64,000 bases of DNA from Phycisphaeraceae bacterium (GTDB lineage: Bacteria > Planctomycetota > Phycisphaerae > Phycisphaerales > Phycisphaeraceae): contig OY771506.1 of the NCBI GenBank assembly GCA_963674705.1, positions 3,360,001 through 3,424,000 on the forward strand, in the 5' to 3' direction. Below, piece after piece: positions 27,624 through 37,133 of this stretch. Position numbers and translations under genes: made by a program. The notes under the pieces are model-generated. The model did no database searches. It saw nothing but the letters and a program-made list of their open reading frames with translations, and was not told the DNA's origin. The stretch's first letter is position 1, and each line of letters begins with the position of its first letter.

Positions 27624-28571
27624 TCAGGCGGCTTTCGCGCGTTCTTCGAGCGTGACGATCCACTGGTCGACGATCAATACCAGGCTGGGCAGTTCCGGCT
27701 TGGCGATCTGCTGGTCAGCGCCGACGGCTTCGCCCTTATGGCGCGTGTCCTTGGTAATCAGTGAACTGAACAGCAGGACAGGCATCGTCTTGATGCTTGC
27801 GGTTTCGCGCACCTTGCGTGTCAGGTGCAGCCCGTCCATGCGGGGCATTTCGATATCCGTGATGAGGATGTCGGGCTTGGTGCCTTGTCCCTGGGCACCG
27901 GCCTGGATGGCGTCCCAGCAGTCCTGGCCGTTGCTGAACGCGGTAACGTTTGTGTATCCGCTGCTGGTCAGCACGTTGTACATGATTGTGCGGATGAACT
28001 TCGAGTCTTCAGCGATGAAGACATTGACCGAGGAGCGGTCGACGCCGAGTTCGTTATCAACGCTGGTGATGTGCAGTGCGTTCTGCATGGAGACGCTGTC
28101 GAAGATCGATTCGAAGTCGAGCATGAGGATCAGGCGGTCGCCGATTTCGGTGATGCCGGTGACGGCCATGTGATCGCTGCCGGTTTCATCGGGAACGGTT
28201 CGCATTGCCTGCCAGCTCATGCGGTGGATGTGTTCAACACGTTCGACCATGAACGCGGCCTGTTCGCCGTTGAATTCCGTCACGATGATGCGGTGGCTGG
28301 CAGGATCCGTGTTGACAGGTTTGATCTTGAAGTAGCTGTGCAGGTTGACCAGGGGCAGGACGACGCCGCGCAGGTTGAACATACCCATGACGTCGGCGGG
28401 TTGGCCGGGGCTTGCCGCGACGGAGACGGGGAGGATGACCTCACGGACCTTGGCGACGTTGACGCCGTAGGACTGGTCGCCTAATCCGAAGATCAGGACT
28501 TCCAGCTCATTGGTGCCGGATTCCAGCAGGATTTCGTCGCGTGATTTGGGTGTCGGATCATTGGCGGCCAT
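27624..28571 (-). CDS. cheV: Chemotaxis protein CheV (CheW-REC)
   Basis: LLESGTNELE, YGVNVAKVREV, AEDS, TDIEMPRMDG, FSSL, AKP. Confidence 0.93.
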   Translation of the reverse strand: MAANDPTPKSRDEILLESGTNELEVLIFGLGDQSYGVNVAKVREVILPVSVAASPGQPADVMGMFNLRGVVLPLVNLHSYFKIKPVNTDPASHRIIVTEFNGEQAAFMVERVEHIHRMSWQAMRTVPDETGSDHMAVTGITEIGDRLILMLDFESIFDSVSMQNALHITSVDNELGVDRSSVNVFIAEDSKFIRTIMYNVLTSSGYTNVTAFSNGQDCWDAIQAGAQGQGTKPDILITDIEMPRMDGLHLTRKVRETASIKTMPVLLFSSLITKDTRHKGEAVGADQQIAKPELPSLVLIVDQWIVTLEERAKAA

Positions 28572-28599
28572 AGCGTCTCTCCATGGATTGTCGTATATA

Positions 28600-28627
28600 G
28601 AATCGTCCAACTGGGGATTACGCTTAA
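28600..28627 (-). promoter_or_regulatory. Sigma28-like promoter
   Basis: TTAAG-N15-GACGATTC upstream of cheV. Confidence 0.5.
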
Positions 28628-28724
28628 GGGGGTGAAATGTGTTATCTTGTGTTATCGGCCGCGTTTGACAGTGCCGAGGGTGCTGCATAATCTGCTGCCG
28701 CAGGGCGAGCCGGCCCTGATTGTT

Positions 28725-28798
28725 GGTGACCATAGCTCAATTGGTAGAGCACCGCGTTGTGGTCGCGGGGGTTGCGGGTTCGAGTCCCGTTGGTCACC
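28725..28798 (+). tRNA. tRNA-His(GTG)
   Basis: G-1, GTGACCA/TGGTCAC stem, anticodon loop TTGTGGT, GGTTCGAGTCC, C discriminator. Confidence 0.96.
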
Positions 28799-28889
28799 CT
28801 TTCTTTTTAATCGATCAGCCGGGATCGGGGGCGGGTGTCCCGGGAACAGGCAGCTGGGATGCCGTCGCCACGAATACGGATATTCGCTG

Positions 28890-29720
28890 ATGCTGGCACA
28901 ACAGATCACAACGATCAACCAACGCTTACTCAGTGACTTACAGGGATTTGGGCACTTCACCCGATTCTGCCTTTCCACGATCGGCTGGTTTCTGCGTGGG
29001 GCAGGGGGCTATGGCCGGTTACAGTTGTTGATCCCCCAACTCTACCAGGTCGGTACCAAGAGCATCCCGGTGGTTGGGCTGGTCGGTGCGTTCGTCGGTG
29101 CGGTGCTGGGTGTAGAGATGTTCGCCCAATTTCAGGCGTTCGGCCAAGAAAGTCGGCTCGGAGGGGTGATCCATATATCCGTGGTTAAGCAGATCGGGCC
29201 GGTACTGGCGGCGGTCATGATCGCTGGCCGGGTCGGTGGGGCGGTCAGCGCCGAGCTGGGGTCCATGAAGGTGACCGAACAACTCGATGCCTTGCGTGTC
29301 ATGGGCAGCGATCCGATCCGGCACCTGGTTGTACCACGCGTACTGGCATGCCTGATCATGGTGCCGATCCTGACGGTGTTCAGCGACCTGTTGGGTATCT
29401 TCGGCAGCTGGCTGGTGGTCGTAAAAGGTTTCGGTGTCGGGTCCAATGAGTATTGGGCCTTTTCCAGCCAGTTTGTCGGTAACTGGGATATCTTCACCGG
29501 CCTGGTCAAGAGCGTTGTCTTCGGCGTCAGTATCGGTCTCATCAGTTGCTACAAGGGATTCAACTGCGGCACGGGCGCGACCGGTGTCGGCCGGGCGGCG
29601 ACGGATTCGTTCGTTGTCAGTTTCATCGTCATCATCATCACCAACTTCTTCCTCGCCAAGTTCATGAACGACCTGTACGGACTGATCTACGGCGCGGGCG
29701 CACTGACGTCGATTGGATGA
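28890..29720 (+). CDS. mlaE: MlaE family ABC transporter permease
   Basis: GPVLAAVMIAGRVG, AELGSMKVTEQLDAL, GVGRAAT. Confidence 0.92.
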   Translation: MLAQQITTINQRLLSDLQGFGHFTRFCLSTIGWFLRGAGGYGRLQLLIPQLYQVGTKSIPVVGLVGAFVGAVLGVEMFAQFQAFGQESRLGGVIHISVVKQIGPVLAAVMIAGRVGGAVSAELGSMKVTEQLDALRVMGSDPIRHLVVPRVLACLIMVPILTVFSDLLGIFGSWLVVVKGFGVGSNEYWAFSSQFVGNWDIFTGLVKSVVFGVSIGLISCYKGFNCGTGATGVGRAATDSFVVSFIVIIITNFFLAKFMNDLYGLIYGAGALTSIG

Positions 29721-29725
29721 GGTTG

Positions 29726-29807
29726 GATGTTCAATGTTCTATGTTCGATGTTCAATGTATTAAGAAGTGTTCGCTTCAGGTAGATTGAAGATTCCACATT
29801 GAACATC
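29726..29807. repeat. (ATGTTCA)n array with a short inverted partner
   Basis: Same family as 21652-21740. Confidence 0.75.
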
Positions 29808-30816
29808 ACATATCCGGTGACCACAGGTAATAAATCCCAACCGGGGTGTTGAAGCCGGGCATCGTTTCGGTGAGGTTTAACTGCATCAAGTTGATCTGTG
29901 TCGAGGCGGGGGCGGATGGTGAATAGGCGTAGGGGGAGGCGACGTAGTCGAGTCGGCGGTGGTAGATGATCAGGTCGGAATGGTCGATGCCTGCCAGTTT
30001 TTCTGCTTGTCGATGCGCGATGCGGATGTCGCCGACCATGTCAGCGAGCCCCAGGGCTGCTGCCTGTTCGCCACCGAGCACGCGGCCGTCGGTCAGGTCG
30101 GCAAACTTGTCTTCGGGGATGTTCGGCCGGGCTTCACGCACCACATCTACAAAACGCGCATAGAAGTCATCAACCAGACTTTGCAGGACCTGGCGGTGAT
30201 CGTCGGTCAACGTGCTTAAAGGGGAACCGGCCTCTTTGTTTTTGCCACTGGTTAATGCTTCGGCGTGGATCCCGATCTTGGAAAGCGCAGGTTTGACGCT
30301 GATGGTCTGGACGATGACGCCGATGCTGCCGACGACGGAGGTCGGGTAGGCGACGATTCTGTCCGTGGCGCAAGCGATGTAGTACCCGCCGCTGGCGGTG
30401 ACATCCATGGTCAGAGCGATGACGGGTTTTCCAGTCTCTTCACGGAACTGTTTGATCTCGCGGTACATCATGTCGCTGGCGGTCACACCACCGCCGGGTG
30501 TGTTGAGGCGCAGGATGACAGCCTTGACATGTGGGTCGGCGGCAGCGGCTTCGAGCTTTTCATGCAATGCACCGACCGGATTCTCGCCCACCTGGAGCAG
30601 CCCGGGCTTCTCGCCGTTCATGATCAGCCCCGAGACGTCGATGATCGCGACGCGGTCGCTGAACCACCGGCCGTCTCTTGTCACGACCGTTTGGGTAAGG
30701 GCCTGATCCCCCGGGGACGTGCCGACGGTAAAGTGCATCGGGCCACAGCCGGTGACGGCCAACGCCAGGAAAAACAACACAAACCAGCCTCGATTACAGC
30801 GTAGTTGCCCAGTCAT
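29806..30816 (-). CDS. sppA: Signal peptide peptidase SppA (S49), lipoprotein
   Basis: VTGC lipobox, LNTPGG, ASGGYYIA, GSIGV, SGKNK. Confidence 0.92.
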   Translation of the reverse strand: MTGQLRCNRGWFVLFFLALAVTGCGPMHFTVGTSPGDQALTQTVVTRDGRWFSDRVAIIDVSGLIMNGEKPGLLQVGENPVGALHEKLEAAAADPHVKAVILRLNTPGGGVTASDMMYREIKQFREETGKPVIALTMDVTASGGYYIACATDRIVAYPTSVVGSIGVIVQTISVKPALSKIGIHAEALTSGKNKEAGSPLSTLTDDHRQVLQSLVDDFYARFVDVVREARPNIPEDKFADLTDGRVLGGEQAAALGLADMVGDIRIAHRQAEKLAGIDHSDLIIYHRRLDYVASPYAYSPSAPASTQINLMQLNLTETMPGFNTPVGIYYLWSPDM

Positions 30817-30969
30817 GACGGCTCCTGATCTTATCGGTGACGGTGATTCAGAGCATATCCTAACATTGAGATAACCATTTTTGGATAAAAGCATGGAAAG
30901 CATGTGGATATATGGGTTATAATCCGCTGATTCATGGCAGCGATCACACTGACAACGGGGTAATCTCAT

Positions 30970-32262
30970 ATGTGCAAGATGTACATTTTCGTTCTGATTT
31001 TGATTCTGTGTATCGGAAACTGGACTTCATTCGCGGTTGCGCAAGACACATCGGTCAGCGATACCGATGCCGCCCGTGCTGCACGTCTTGCCGAGCATGA
31101 GAAGCAGGTTGCCGAAGAAAAGGAACAGGCGCAGGCAGCGTACCAGCAGCTTGCGGATGCATATCTGAATAACCAGTGGGACGAGTTGGATGAATTGCTC
31201 CGCACGACGCGGCGGTACCAGCGCTACTTCGACCGCGACCAGCGCATGGACCTGGCTTACATCACGAAGAACCGCAATGACTTTCATCCGAAGTGGTGGG
31301 AGAAGTGTTCCAGCCCGTCCAACATCAGCTTCAACGCCGAGATCTGGAATCGGCCGGTGATGGCAAACTATATGCCCACACGCCACCTTGGTTTCCAGGC
31401 GGTGCAGGCGCAGGTGAAGCGGGGCTTTGACAGGCGGGGGCAATACCAGGAAGAAGTGGTCGGTCTGACGGTCATCTGCTCCTGGCAGCCGGGTATGGTC
31501 AATAGCGATGTGCCTGGTACGGGCAAGCTGGCGGAGATACACAGCCTGACGGAGGGCGATCTTGGCGAGGTGATTGTCTGGCACGAGTTGGGCCATTGTT
31601 ACATCACCAACAACTTGCCCATGGACCACGTTCTGATCCTTTACCGGGACCATCAATTGCTGTTCGAGCATCTGCAGGAGTTCTATGCAGACCTGACGGC
31701 ACTGTATCATGCAAGCCCGCGATCTCGCCGTGTCGCGTTGATGCTTCGGCTTGAAGGGTTGGACCACTACGATGACTCGGAAGCACACTCGCGCGCCTCG
31801 CACGCGATCGGTTCCTTGTTGTTGCATGAAGTGCTGGCGAATCCGGATGATTGGCCGAGCATGCACTTTCCGCCGGCCGTGCCGAAGCAGCAGGTGGAAC
31901 TGAACACAATCATCTACCTGTACGAGCACATGGACCCGAAGTGGTCGGTCAAGGAAGCCCGGGCGTTGCGTGAGATGGCGGGCGACTTCATCAATAAGTC
32001 GGGCGAGAAAACGCTGCGTGCACGCGGTGTATTGCCCCTGCCCGGCAGGCTCGAGTTCAGCCTGATGCTGGGCCAGGACCATGAACTGCAGGATAAGCGG
32101 GATGCCTATGTCAGCAAGCGTCTGGAAGAACTGATCGCCTCCGGCCGCGCCGACAAGCTTGAAGAAGGCGAAACGTATGAACCACGTCTGCGTATCCCCC
32201 TGCGCGACGGTGAAGTCTACAAGCGCGATCCTGAGGCGCTGCGGATGGATATACCGAATTGA
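30970..32262 (+). CDS. Secreted hypothetical protein with HEXXH motif
   Basis: Signal peptide; WHELGH, downstream QEFYAD. Confidence 0.78.
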   Translation: MCKMYIFVLILILCIGNWTSFAVAQDTSVSDTDAARAARLAEHEKQVAEEKEQAQAAYQQLADAYLNNQWDELDELLRTTRRYQRYFDRDQRMDLAYITKNRNDFHPKWWEKCSSPSNISFNAEIWNRPVMANYMPTRHLGFQAVQAQVKRGFDRRGQYQEEVVGLTVICSWQPGMVNSDVPGTGKLAEIHSLTEGDLGEVIVWHELGHCYITNNLPMDHVLILYRDHQLLFEHLQEFYADLTALYHASPRSRRVALMLRLEGLDHYDDSEAHSRASHAIGSLLLHEVLANPDDWPSMHFPPAVPKQQVELNTIIYLYEHMDPKWSVKEARALREMAGDFINKSGEKTLRARGVLPLPGRLEFSLMLGQDHELQDKRDAYVSKRLEELIASGRADKLEEGETYEPRLRIPLRDGEVYKRDPEALRMDIPN

Positions 32263-32744
32263 GACAATTCTTGAACCGTCTCGTGTTGAATTATTTTGGG
32301 TGGCGCCACAAACGCAGGCAAGCCGGGATGTGGCCGAAGGTAGTTGAGACGCTCCAAACTCAGCGATACGACCCTCAAGCTACAAGAAACTTTGAGTTAT
32401 TGTCGGGGGCGTTCTTCTGGTCGGACGAAGTGCCTTCGATTGATCGTATTTCGAAAGAACTATATGGCGCAACGCTATTTCATTTGAAGCCGATATTCTG
32501 TTACCGGGCTTCATTAATTCGTGGGGAGCCAGACAAACGATTCAGGGGGAAATGGGAGTTTTTACAGCAGGAATGCCCATCCTGGCCCGGTTTTCGGCCG
32601 GAACGGCAGTCGCAAGACTTGCGTGCGGAACTAAAAGAGAGCTGTGAGAGAAGCGCTCGAGAAGTTGAGCGACTATTCAGAGCTTGCGACAAGGCTAAGG
32701 GGATCGCAGAAGCACGTCAGAAACGTGAAAGCCTGAAAAGCTAA
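32259..32744 (+). CDS. Hypothetical protein
   Basis: 161-aa ORF, 4-nt overlap with the upstream gene, TTG start uncertain. Confidence 0.6.
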   Translation: MRQFLNRLVLNYFGWRHKRRQAGMWPKVVETLQTQRYDPQATRNFELLSGAFFWSDEVPSIDRISKELYGATLFHLKPIFCYRASLIRGEPDKRFRGKWEFLQQECPSWPGFRPERQSQDLRAELKESCERSAREVERLFRACDKAKGIAEARQKRESLKS

Positions 32745-32774
32745 GGCACCCTCTACAGTTGGATTGAGAACGAT

Positions 32775-33764
32775 CTAATTAAACGTCCCGCTTTGCGCCA
32801 GCAGGATCGTGAGTGTCACGGTGATCGGCGAGAGCAGCGTTGAGTAGAACACACTGCGTGCGACGTAGGAGGGGTGGTTGTCGAATTCCATGCAGAGCAG
32901 CATGCAGTTCACGGCGGTGGGCATCGCGGTGCTTATCAGCAACACCTGCGCGATCGGGCCGGTCCAGCCGAGCAGTTTCAGCAGAGTGAAACCAACGATA
33001 GGGCCCGCCACGAGTCGCAGCAACACGCTTGTGGAGACCGGGCCTTTGCCTTCGCCGCGAACGACGGTCGCCAGTTGAGCGCCGAGTGTTACCAGAGCGA
33101 TCACGACGAAGCCGTTCTTGGCGTATGTGATGGCGTCCCAGATCGGTTGGATCGCGTTGGCGACGGTTTGCGCTTGTTCGCCTAATGCGTGGCGCGTGAT
33201 AACCGTGACAAGACCAATCGTTAACGCATAGATCGGCGGGAAGCGCACGATGTGCATCAGGTTCTTTTTCCATCGCCCATCGTGCAGGTCACCCGCAGCG
33301 AGTAGGACACCCAGCGAGAAGGTGGAGATGTTCTGGATGATGAGGACGAAGACCTGCAAGCCGGTCGCGCCGGCGCTGCCGAAGGGTGTGTGACGGAAAG
33401 CGAGTTCCTGGACGGGCAGGCCGTAGTTACCTGAGTTGTAGAACAGGCTGGTCATGAGCATGGCCCGGCGTTGATCGCGCGGGATGCCACGCAGGCGGGC
33501 AACGGTATAGGTAAGCACCGCCCAGACGCACATCGCAGTAAGCGTAAAGCCCACCACCTGCCCGACATCGGAAGCCGACAGGTTAGAACCGATGATGGCA
33601 TGCAACACGATCCCCGGCACGGCCACGTAAAAGTTCAGCTTCACCATGGTCGGCATGTGCAGGCCGAACTTCTTCTGGATCGCAAACCCCAACCCCACCA
33701 GGATCATCGCCGGTGCGACGATGTACCAGGCGATGTGCAGGATGTTCGAGAGGATCGAGAGCAT
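32775..33764 (-). CDS. AEC (auxin efflux carrier) family transporter
   Basis: NSGNYGLP, AMPTAVN, about 10 TMs. Confidence 0.9.
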   Translation of the reverse strand: MLSILSNILHIAWYIVAPAMILVGLGFAIQKKFGLHMPTMVKLNFYVAVPGIVLHAIIGSNLSASDVGQVVGFTLTAMCVWAVLTYTVARLRGIPRDQRRAMLMTSLFYNSGNYGLPVQELAFRHTPFGSAGATGLQVFVLIIQNISTFSLGVLLAAGDLHDGRWKKNLMHIVRFPPIYALTIGLVTVITRHALGEQAQTVANAIQPIWDAITYAKNGFVVIALVTLGAQLATVVRGEGKGPVSTSVLLRLVAGPIVGFTLLKLLGWTGPIAQVLLISTAMPTAVNCMLLCMEFDNHPSYVARSVFYSTLLSPITVTLTILLAQSGTFN

Positions 33765-33819
33765 GCCCGGTAGTGTACCGGTTTAGTGGATGGCAGCGAG
33801 TATGTCAGATCAAACGACA

Positions 33820-34323
33820 CTACGGTCGGCGGGTAAGGAGTGCAGGGAGCATCAGCAGACCGAGTGCGAAGGATGTGGGTTCGGGTACGGTTCCACCGAT
33901 CGTTTCGACTTGATCAAGATCAAGTGTAAAAGCTGCACCATTACGATTGAAGATGACTAATTCTCTTAAACTGTTACCACTGGTGTCCAGCCCCTCGCCG
34001 TCAAACAGGCTGTCTAGTCGTGTCGTTGGTAGAAGTGGATCACTTGAAAGTGGCACACTCAGGATTGATGAAATTTTACTGTTGCATACGATCCCGAGTT
34101 GAGTTGCAGCCGTCGCACCCGCTCCCGGGTTGTCGTATATCCGGAGATTTCCATGGTCGTTCGTATTATCAGTAAAACGTAGGGAACGGCCTTCGATTGT
34201 GACTGTGATGGTATAGCCGGTTCCTTGAGCAATATGATCGATGAGGCCTGCACTCGTGCTCGACGATGCCAGGGAGAGAGTTACAATCGCTACCACAATA
34301 TGTCTTGGGAGCTTTGTGTTCAT
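33820..34323 (-). CDS. Small PEP-CTERM protein
   Basis: Signal peptide; VPEP-TM-TRRP. Confidence 0.8.
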   Translation of the reverse strand: MNTKLPRHIVVAIVTLSLASSSTSAGLIDHIAQGTGYTITVTIEGRSLRFTDNTNDHGNLRIYDNPGAGATAATQLGIVCNSKISSILSVPLSSDPLLPTTRLDSLFDGEGLDTSGNSLRELVIFNRNGAAFTLDLDQVETIGGTVPEPTSFALGLLMLPALLTRRP

Positions 34324-34397
34324 AGTAGTTGTATCGACACGTCTACGACCTTGGGATCAAGTTTGGTGTGGCGAGGATGCACCGTAAAATACGGCTG

Positions 34398-35561
34398 ATG
34401 AACAACAATCGTTCCATCCTGCACGTCGACATGGATGCGTTTTTCGCGTCGGTGGTGCAATTGGATCGGCCGGAGTTGCGGGGCAAGCCGGTGTTGACGG
34501 GGCATGATGGGCCACGTGGGGTGGTGTCGGCAGCATCCTATGAGGCGAGGGCGTTTGGCTGCCGGTCTGCGATGCCGATGTCACAAGCCAAGCGGTTGTG
34601 TCCGCAAGCGGTGATCGTCAAAGCGCCGGGCGAGCGGATACGCCACTTCAGTTCGGCGGTGTTTGCGATCTTTGATGATTTTACGCCTTTGGTTGAGCCG
34701 CTGAGTGTGGATGAGGCATTTCTGGATGTGACCGGTTCGGACAGGTTGCTGGGTGATGCGGTTTCTATTGCGAAGCAGATCCGCAAACGTATCAAGAATG
34801 AACTGGGCTTGAACGCATCGGTCGGCGTATCGTTCAATAAGTTTTTAGCCAAGCTCGCATCGGATATGGATAAGCCTGATGGGTTGACGGTGATCATGCC
34901 GGAGGATGTATTGCGCATCCTGCCACCGCTGCCGATCGAGCGGATGTGGGGCGTCGGGCCTGCGACGGCGAAGCGGCTGCGGACATGGGGCGTCAGAACG
35001 TTTGCAGACCTTCAGGCGATGAGCCTAGCTGAACTGGATAAACGATTCGGCAAGCATAGCGAGCGGTTCTACCGGCTATCGCGCGGCGAAGATGATCGAT
35101 CTGTCACGCCCGATCATTCGGCGAAGTCGATCGGCCAGGAGCAGACGTTCGGGCAAGACGTGGCGGAACGCGATTACGTGAAGAACATCCTGTTCGGCCA
35201 GGTTCAACAGGTCGGACGCCGACTGCGCAAGCACGGATTAAAAGCGCGGGGCATTAACATCAAGATCCGTTTCGGCGAGTTTGAAACCATTTCCCGGTCC
35301 ACCACGCTTGTCGATCCGACGGATGTCACTGATGAGTTATGGGGCGCAGCCAAAGCACTGTTTGATCAATGGGCGGATCACGGTTTTGTGCCTGTGCGTC
35401 TGGTAGGGATGAATGCGGACCGTATCGAATCGGACGGTGATCAACTTGGGCTATTTATTGATCCGCAACGTGAGAAAAGCCGAAGGCTTGATCAGGCGAT
35501 GGATGCGATCCAATCGCGCTTCGGCGTCAACAGTGTCAGGCGTGGTCCGAGAACAAGCTAA
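34398..35561 (+). CDS. dinB: DNA polymerase IV
   Basis: HVDMDAFFASV, SYEARAFG, SVDEAFLD, LASDMDKPDG. Confidence 0.96.
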   Translation: MNNNRSILHVDMDAFFASVVQLDRPELRGKPVLTGHDGPRGVVSAASYEARAFGCRSAMPMSQAKRLCPQAVIVKAPGERIRHFSSAVFAIFDDFTPLVEPLSVDEAFLDVTGSDRLLGDAVSIAKQIRKRIKNELGLNASVGVSFNKFLAKLASDMDKPDGLTVIMPEDVLRILPPLPIERMWGVGPATAKRLRTWGVRTFADLQAMSLAELDKRFGKHSERFYRLSRGEDDRSVTPDHSAKSIGQEQTFGQDVAERDYVKNILFGQVQQVGRRLRKHGLKARGINIKIRFGEFETISRSTTLVDPTDVTDELWGAAKALFDQWADHGFVPVRLVGMNADRIESDGDQLGLFIDPQREKSRRLDQAMDAIQSRFGVNSVRRGPRTS

Positions 35562-35602
35562 TCCTAGACGCTTGCACGAGTTAGAAGGTAGAATCATCAA
35601 CA

Positions 35603-36955
35603 ATGACAGGCCGCATCACACGACGGACCCTGCTGGTTTCAGCGCTGTTGCTGGGGCAGTTAGCGTGTCTGCTGTTTGCGCTGTTGTGGTTCGGCGCCTG
35701 GCTGGAGCGGGGTCTGGGTAATCTCGTTGCCGAGCGTATCCTCATCTCTTCGCAGATGACTGCATCTCAGATCGTCAAGACTACTCAACTGATGGGGATC
35801 CAAGATACGACCCCGGGTTCACCGGATTGGGAGCGTCTGCAAAAGCTGGTGGAGGACTCCAGGCTTTCGTTCGGTGGGTATCTGTGTTTGATCGATGCGG
35901 AAGATGATGAACTGCTTAGTCACCCGCTGCTGAAAACAAGACCGGAGGAAGCGGCAAGCGAGCGCGATGCGATTCTGGCAGAGATCGATCGAGAAGACCC
36001 GTATGCAAGAAGCAAGCTGCCTCCCGGATGGAGCAGGATGCATGATGGCTCATACATGCTTGATCCGATTGCCTTGCCTTGGCTGAATGCCCGGCTTTAT
36101 GTCATTCAGCCGGAGGAACCCGTGCGTACTGCTATCCTCGCATTCATCATACGTGTGCGTGCGATTGGTACGGTGGTCGTTGTTGTTGTCGTGATTATCA
36201 GCGCATTGGTGACGCTTGTGATTGCTCAGCGCTACGAAAGCCGTATGACGCAGATCAACCGCGGTTTGGAATCACAGGTGGCGCATCGAAGTGCGGAGCT
36301 GTTGAGAAGCAGAGATGCGGTTATCTTTGGTCTGGCCAAACTCGCGGAATCGCGCGATGGTGAGACCGGCGAGCATCTTGAACGCATCGCACGCTATACC
36401 GAGGTGCTGGCGCGGCAGATCTCCCTGGCGCAAACGCCCGGCGGTGATGAGAAGTGGGTGCAGACTTTAGCTTCCACCGCGGTGCTGCATGACATCGGTA
36501 AGGTCGGTATCCCCGATGCGGTTCTACGTAAGCCTTCGGCATTAACGGATGAGGAGCGGCAGACGATCGAGAAGCATCCCCTGATCGGCGGGGAGACATT
36601 GAAAGAGATCAAGCGGCGGTGGGGGGAGGACCCGTTCCTCGTCACGGCCGGGCAGGTGTGTTATGGCCATCACGAGCGGTGGGACGGGACGGGCTATCCG
36701 GCCGGGCTCAAGGGCGAGGCGATCCCCATGGCGGCCCGGATCGTCGCGTTGGCGGACGTGTATGACGCCCTGACCAGCGAACGGGCATACAAGGACGCTG
36801 TGCCCCATGAGAAGGCCCGACAGATGATCACGGAGGCCTCGGGAACCCAGTTCGATCCCATGGTGGTCCAAGCGTTTATCGCGGTTGAAGGGCGGTTCCG
36901 GGAGATTGCCCAGGCATTTCAAGTCAAAGCCGGACCTCATAACTCAAATGAGTAG
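35603..36955 (+). CDS. Membrane-anchored HD-GYP c-di-GMP phosphodiesterase
   Basis: Two TMs around a sensor domain; HDIGK, HHERWDGTGYP, ADVYDAL. Confidence 0.92.
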   Translation: MTGRITRRTLLVSALLLGQLACLLFALLWFGAWLERGLGNLVAERILISSQMTASQIVKTTQLMGIQDTTPGSPDWERLQKLVEDSRLSFGGYLCLIDAEDDELLSHPLLKTRPEEAASERDAILAEIDREDPYARSKLPPGWSRMHDGSYMLDPIALPWLNARLYVIQPEEPVRTAILAFIIRVRAIGTVVVVVVVIISALVTLVIAQRYESRMTQINRGLESQVAHRSAELLRSRDAVIFGLAKLAESRDGETGEHLERIARYTEVLARQISLAQTPGGDEKWVQTLASTAVLHDIGKVGIPDAVLRKPSALTDEERQTIEKHPLIGGETLKEIKRRWGEDPFLVTAGQVCYGHHERWDGTGYPAGLKGEAIPMAARIVALADVYDALTSERAYKDAVPHEKARQMITEASGTQFDPMVVQAFIAVEGRFREIAQAFQVKAGPHNSNE

Positions 36956-37133
36956 CGGCCGTCTCGTTGAATATCAGTAGTGTCTGTTGGGTGATTTAGG
37001 CGCTATAATAGTCAGTCAGATTCTTCTAAATTGCTTGTAAACAGGCAATTGTGTGGTAAATTGGAGTTGTGGGGGAGTTTTTCCCGGGCGTGTGACAGAC
37101 AGATACTTCCATCCACCTTCGCAAGGAGGGACC

